Assembly (NCBI RefSeq): GCF_001194135.2
Contig: NC_068983.1
Span: forward strand, 108,395,136-108,434,803
Direction of reading: 5' to 3'
DNA: 39,668 nucleotides
Source: Octopus bimaculoides
Lineage: Eukaryota
Positions 35,401-39,668 of the stretch are shown one piece after another. Every line of letters starts with the position of its first letter. The first letter of the stretch is position 1. The notes under the pieces are model-generated. The model did not search any database. It was not told where the DNA came from and worked only from the letters and a program-made list of their open reading frames with translations. Made by a program: the position numbers and the translations under genes.

Positions 35401-38148
35401 CATTCCTTATTTCACTGATTAGTACTTGATAATACTGGCTGTGAAAAACTGCCAGCTGATAATATATTATTTGATCTATGTTAACAAAATTGCTTTCTCA
35501 GCTTCATAAGATACTAAATTTTAAGTTTCTTTCTCTTTTTTGTTTTCCTTCAACAAACAGTAGATTCTATCTCATCTCACATTAAAAGACATTGCTAATC
35601 TTGTTCTATTAATGGACTTTAATGGTTTTATATTTACATATAAAATGTATCAAGCTTTTACTGTTATTGTTTTTGAGATTTAAGAGAGATCTTTTTTTAA
35701 AGTAAGATTATACTTACACACATATACATATTGTTTTGTATATCTCAGTATATACACACACATAGAACTTACGAATTCATTTCTTCACTCTATGTCATTC
35801 TGATATAATGTTCAATTCAAATTGTTATTGTCAGTGTTTCAACACCACAATCACTACACTGTTACCATCATCGTCCTGCAATTTAAAATATTTTTCCCTG
35901 GCAAGAAGGGCTTGGATAGGTCTGCAGAGTGCCTTATTATATGCTTAATTCATGTACCCAGTTTTATATTCTCAGATCTGGCAGTCAGGCTTCTTTTCAA
36001 TGCTTTCTTAACCCTCTAAAATGGTCACAGATCTCTAGTTGAAACCAGTAAACTCTATCACTTGTACTCTCCATGATGAAATCAGCATTTTCACCTATGT
36101 ATGCTCCATTCACATTACATGTTTTCATTGATGTAATCAGTTCTTCAGTAGACATCAGTAATTAAATTACTATCATTTCATTAATTTGGAAAGTTAGATT
36201 TTACCTCTATTATTTAAAAAAATTCTATGTTATATTATCACTAAATAATCTGCAGCTCTTAATAGAATTAGGAATCATGTAAAACTGGCAAAACTGTGGC
36301 ATTTCTGTAGCTGATAATGAGGATAACGATAATTTCTAATTGACTTTTGAATGCTATCACCTCCCGACTGTTAAACTCACAATCAGTTATGAGATATGGT
36401 AACTTCCTACAAAGATCATGCAACCTATAATGACTTCATAGCTCCTTCTCTACAGTACTCTAACTGATAAATAAAATACATTCTGCAATAAAATATGGAT
36501 GTTGAGATGAACCATGGATCCAACAAATACTCATGCAACATTTGCAACATTTCAAATACAGCACTTGGCAGCATCAAAGTCTGGCAAGAGAAGCTCTTAA
36601 ATAAATTTCTAGCTATTATCTTTATTTCTTTTTATGTAATTTTCAACTGGAAAATTCCTTTCAGCCTTTTGTTGTTAGATGTATAGATGGTATTCTCATT
36701 TTCTCAGTCAGCTACACCTAAAACTTACATACTATAACTATTAGTACTTTAAATCATACTTTTATTTTTAACCACATACTCTTTTGCAGGTGGTCTCACT
36801 CTTAATTTGTCTTTAACACTCTGCATATAGATATCACTTGTATTAAATTCGCACTACTTCAAGGCAGAAGAACCTTGAAAGCACAGGCAAATGAAGGCAG
36901 GAAAATGAGCATCTTTCAACAGCCCCAAAAAAGAAAAGGAAAAGAAACAATTAAAACACTGGAAAGAAATAGTCTTGTACTACACCTTCAATTATGAACA
37001 ACATTGCTAAAACACTCAAAAGACAAAGTATGCAAAATTGGAGATCATCAACGATGAACACTTTTTCTAGCTATAAAGCTGCACTCCCAAGGCAAAGCAA
37101 TCTCTTCAACTCTGTTCAGTTTCACATCACACTACCTACAAATATAAAGTGTAATCTACATCAGAGTGCTACTCACATATCTGATAGAAGTTGCTACTTA
37201 ATACAAAAGCATTTTAGACTGCTCCCAGTAAAGATAATTTGGCTAATAAGCAAAGATTCAGTTAGCAACACTCTCTAAACATTCACTATAGGCATGCTAT
37301 TTCTTTCCCTCTGCCTCCTTTTTACTGTCATCTCCACTGAAAACCTACACAAAACATTTTTTCAAATGATTCATTTACATTTCTATGGTACTTCAGAACC
37401 CATTCCTCCATTTAAGTTCCTCCTGAAGTTTAAACTGAAGATCAAGTTCATAAACATTTAATACCAAGAAGAACCAGCATAGGTTATGGACACTATGCCT
37501 TATCAACAAAGAACAAAAATTAAATAGATGCTACTCAGGTTGTCTCTCAAAGGAAGCTTATCTGATTAATGTAGGGCAGCATAAGATGGGAAACCTCTCA
37601 GAAGAGACCAGCATTAGAAAAGATAGAGTAAAATAGATGAAGAATAATAATTTCTATTAACTCAGATGTCAAAACGCGTATATCATTTGGACAGAAAACA
37701 GTGATTATCAGAGGTTATAATGGTTGCAATGAATGATAAAAGGGTATAATAATTGGTATCTTAGGTAACCAGTTGAATTAATATTTCAGGTAAAGGAAAA
37801 GGATATGCACAATTTGGATAAGGCAGCAATCAGTGTAGATGTATAACAGAAAATATAACTAGTACTAAAGGGAAGAATAATGTCATACTGAAAGGTTACT
37901 CAATGCAAGATGGGAAGTATATACTGCCTGGATTTCAACATATATGTATATACACTCACACACACATACAAACACACACAAATACACACACACAACCACG
38001 CACATGTCATTGAACAAATGAAAGAAAGAGACACTCAACACATTTAGTAGGAGATACATAAATTATTATCTAAGATAGTCTGATTTTGCCCTATGTAACT
38101 TAAAGTTTTGTAGGCTCATTACAGAAGCTATTTTGGCTGAGTTCAGGC

Positions 38149-39590
38149 CTGGTCCAGTCTGTGTGGATTTTCTCCAATGATATTAAGATGGTGTTTGGAC
38201 TCTCAAAATGTGCTACGATAGTGATGAAATGAGGAAAGCTTGCCAGGACAGAAGGCATATGTTTGCCAAGTGCTGAAATGATGAAGGCAATCCAACCTCA
38301 ATCTAGCTAAAAATACCTGGGAATACTTAAGGCAGATGGAATCAAACACCATGACATGAAGAAGACAAAAAGAGAGTACCTGTAGTGAGTGAGAAAAATA
38401 TTGGCTTCAAAGCTGAATGCCAGAAACATAATAATTTCAGCAATAAACTAGTGTGTAGTTACAGTAGTTCAGTATGGTGCTGGAATCCTGAAGTGGACAG
38501 AAGATCTAAATGAGATGGACAAGAAATCAAGAAAGCTCCTAACAATGCATGGAGTCCATTAGCCATGTGCAGACACTGATCGCCTATACATGAAGAGAGC
38601 CAGTGGAGGAAGGGGACTGATAAGTGTGGAAGACTGTGTGTGTATCGAACTCAAGAGCTTGAGGAAACCTTGCTAGTGACAATTAGGAATGAGGGAGTAT
38701 TGAGAGCAGTCAAAAAAGGGAAAACAAAGGAAGAAGTACAAAAACGACATGAAAAAGAATTACACAACACAGGACTACACAATCAATTCCATGTAGCCAC
38801 AACAGAAGTTGCTGGAATAAATAGGTGGGATTGGGTGATGAAAGGAACCTTAAAAAAAGAGACTGAAAACATTATACTGGCAGTGCAGGACCAAGCTCTG
38901 GCCACGAACTGGAGGATCAACCTGAGGAATGAGCAAGTGTCTCTGCTGTGCCGCATCTGCAACAGGGTGGATGAAACCATTGCCCATATCATGAATGAAT
39001 GCCCTAGAATAGCCCCAAACCACTACAAGTTGTAGTGACATGACCAGGTAGTGAAAGTGCTACATTGGAAACTGTGCATTAAGTGGGGGCTTGAGAGAGG
39101 CAAAACATGGTATGAGCACAAACTGCGGAGAGTGGCAGAGACAGAGACTAGCAAAATATTCTGGAATTTCCCAATTCAAACAGATCAGATGCTAGAGCAT
39201 AACAGATTGAACCCAGTGGTGGTGGACAAAGTGCACCACATGCTATATAATTGACGTTGTATACCCCTTTGACCCACAAATAGTCAAGGAAGAAGGTAAA
39301 AAGATAGATACAACCCCGGCTATAGAAAATGAAGAAGGTGAAGACAGTGCCAATTATTGTTGGGTCCTTGGGAAAAGTATCAGAAGGAAATTGGAATAGA
39401 GTGCCCAATAGAACTGTTAGAAAAGGTTTGCCTCCTTGGTACAGCCAGAATAATCAGGAAAGTATTAGATAGCTGAAAAGAACGAATAGCACAGCACTGT
39501 AGGTTGCAGGTAGTAAGCCCACTATGCATGCAAGACTCCACGAGCTCCAACAAAACCTGTGATAGAGAGAAAATAATAATGATAATAATA
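38149..39590 (+). mobile_element. 5'-truncated R4/Dong-like LINE (family B): RT C-terminus, CCHC finger, REL endonuclease, 3' UTR, (TAA)n tail
   Basis: FSNDIKMVFGLSKCA; KYLGIL; DRLYMKRASGGRGLISVEDC; WDWVMKGTLKKETENIILAVQDQAL; CRICNRVDETIAHIMNEC; *HDQVVKVLHWKLC; KIFWNFPIQTD..EHNR; EKVCLLGTARIIRKVLDS* (stop 39474-39476); tail 39572-39590. Many stops and frameshifts. Confidence 0.9.
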
Positions 39591-39668
39591 CATACATACA
39601 TACACACACTCACACACACACACACAAATATATATATTCCAGATTCCAATAAATATTCAAATATATAT

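Overview
AT-rich eukaryotic non-coding DNA with one assembly gap (7759-8115). No host protein-coding gene can be supported. The ORF-track entries are microsatellite read-throughs or fragments of decayed transposons. The repeats resemble coleoid cephalopod (Octopus-like) DNA, but this is recalled pattern recognition, not a search result. Recognisable elements: four R4/Dong-like LINE pieces with (TAA)n tails, several tRNA-derived SINE copies, a full-length dead irritans-type mariner with TIRs and TA duplication, a ~1.8 kb CR1/L2-type ORF2 fossil, RTE-like fragments and small inverted-repeat elements. The most notable signals are two hammerhead-ribozyme (HHR) elements. (i) A ~725 bp non-coding element at 31970-32695 has tandem ~336-339 bp units plus an inverted terminal copy. 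Its minus strand carries a complete type I HHR with a compensated U3-A8 core, consistent with a retrozyme or Penelope-pLTR-like element. (ii) A head-to-head pair of Penelope-type terminal repeats with minimal HHRs lies at 21213-21522. Coordinates were read by eye, and boundaries of decayed elements are approximate.
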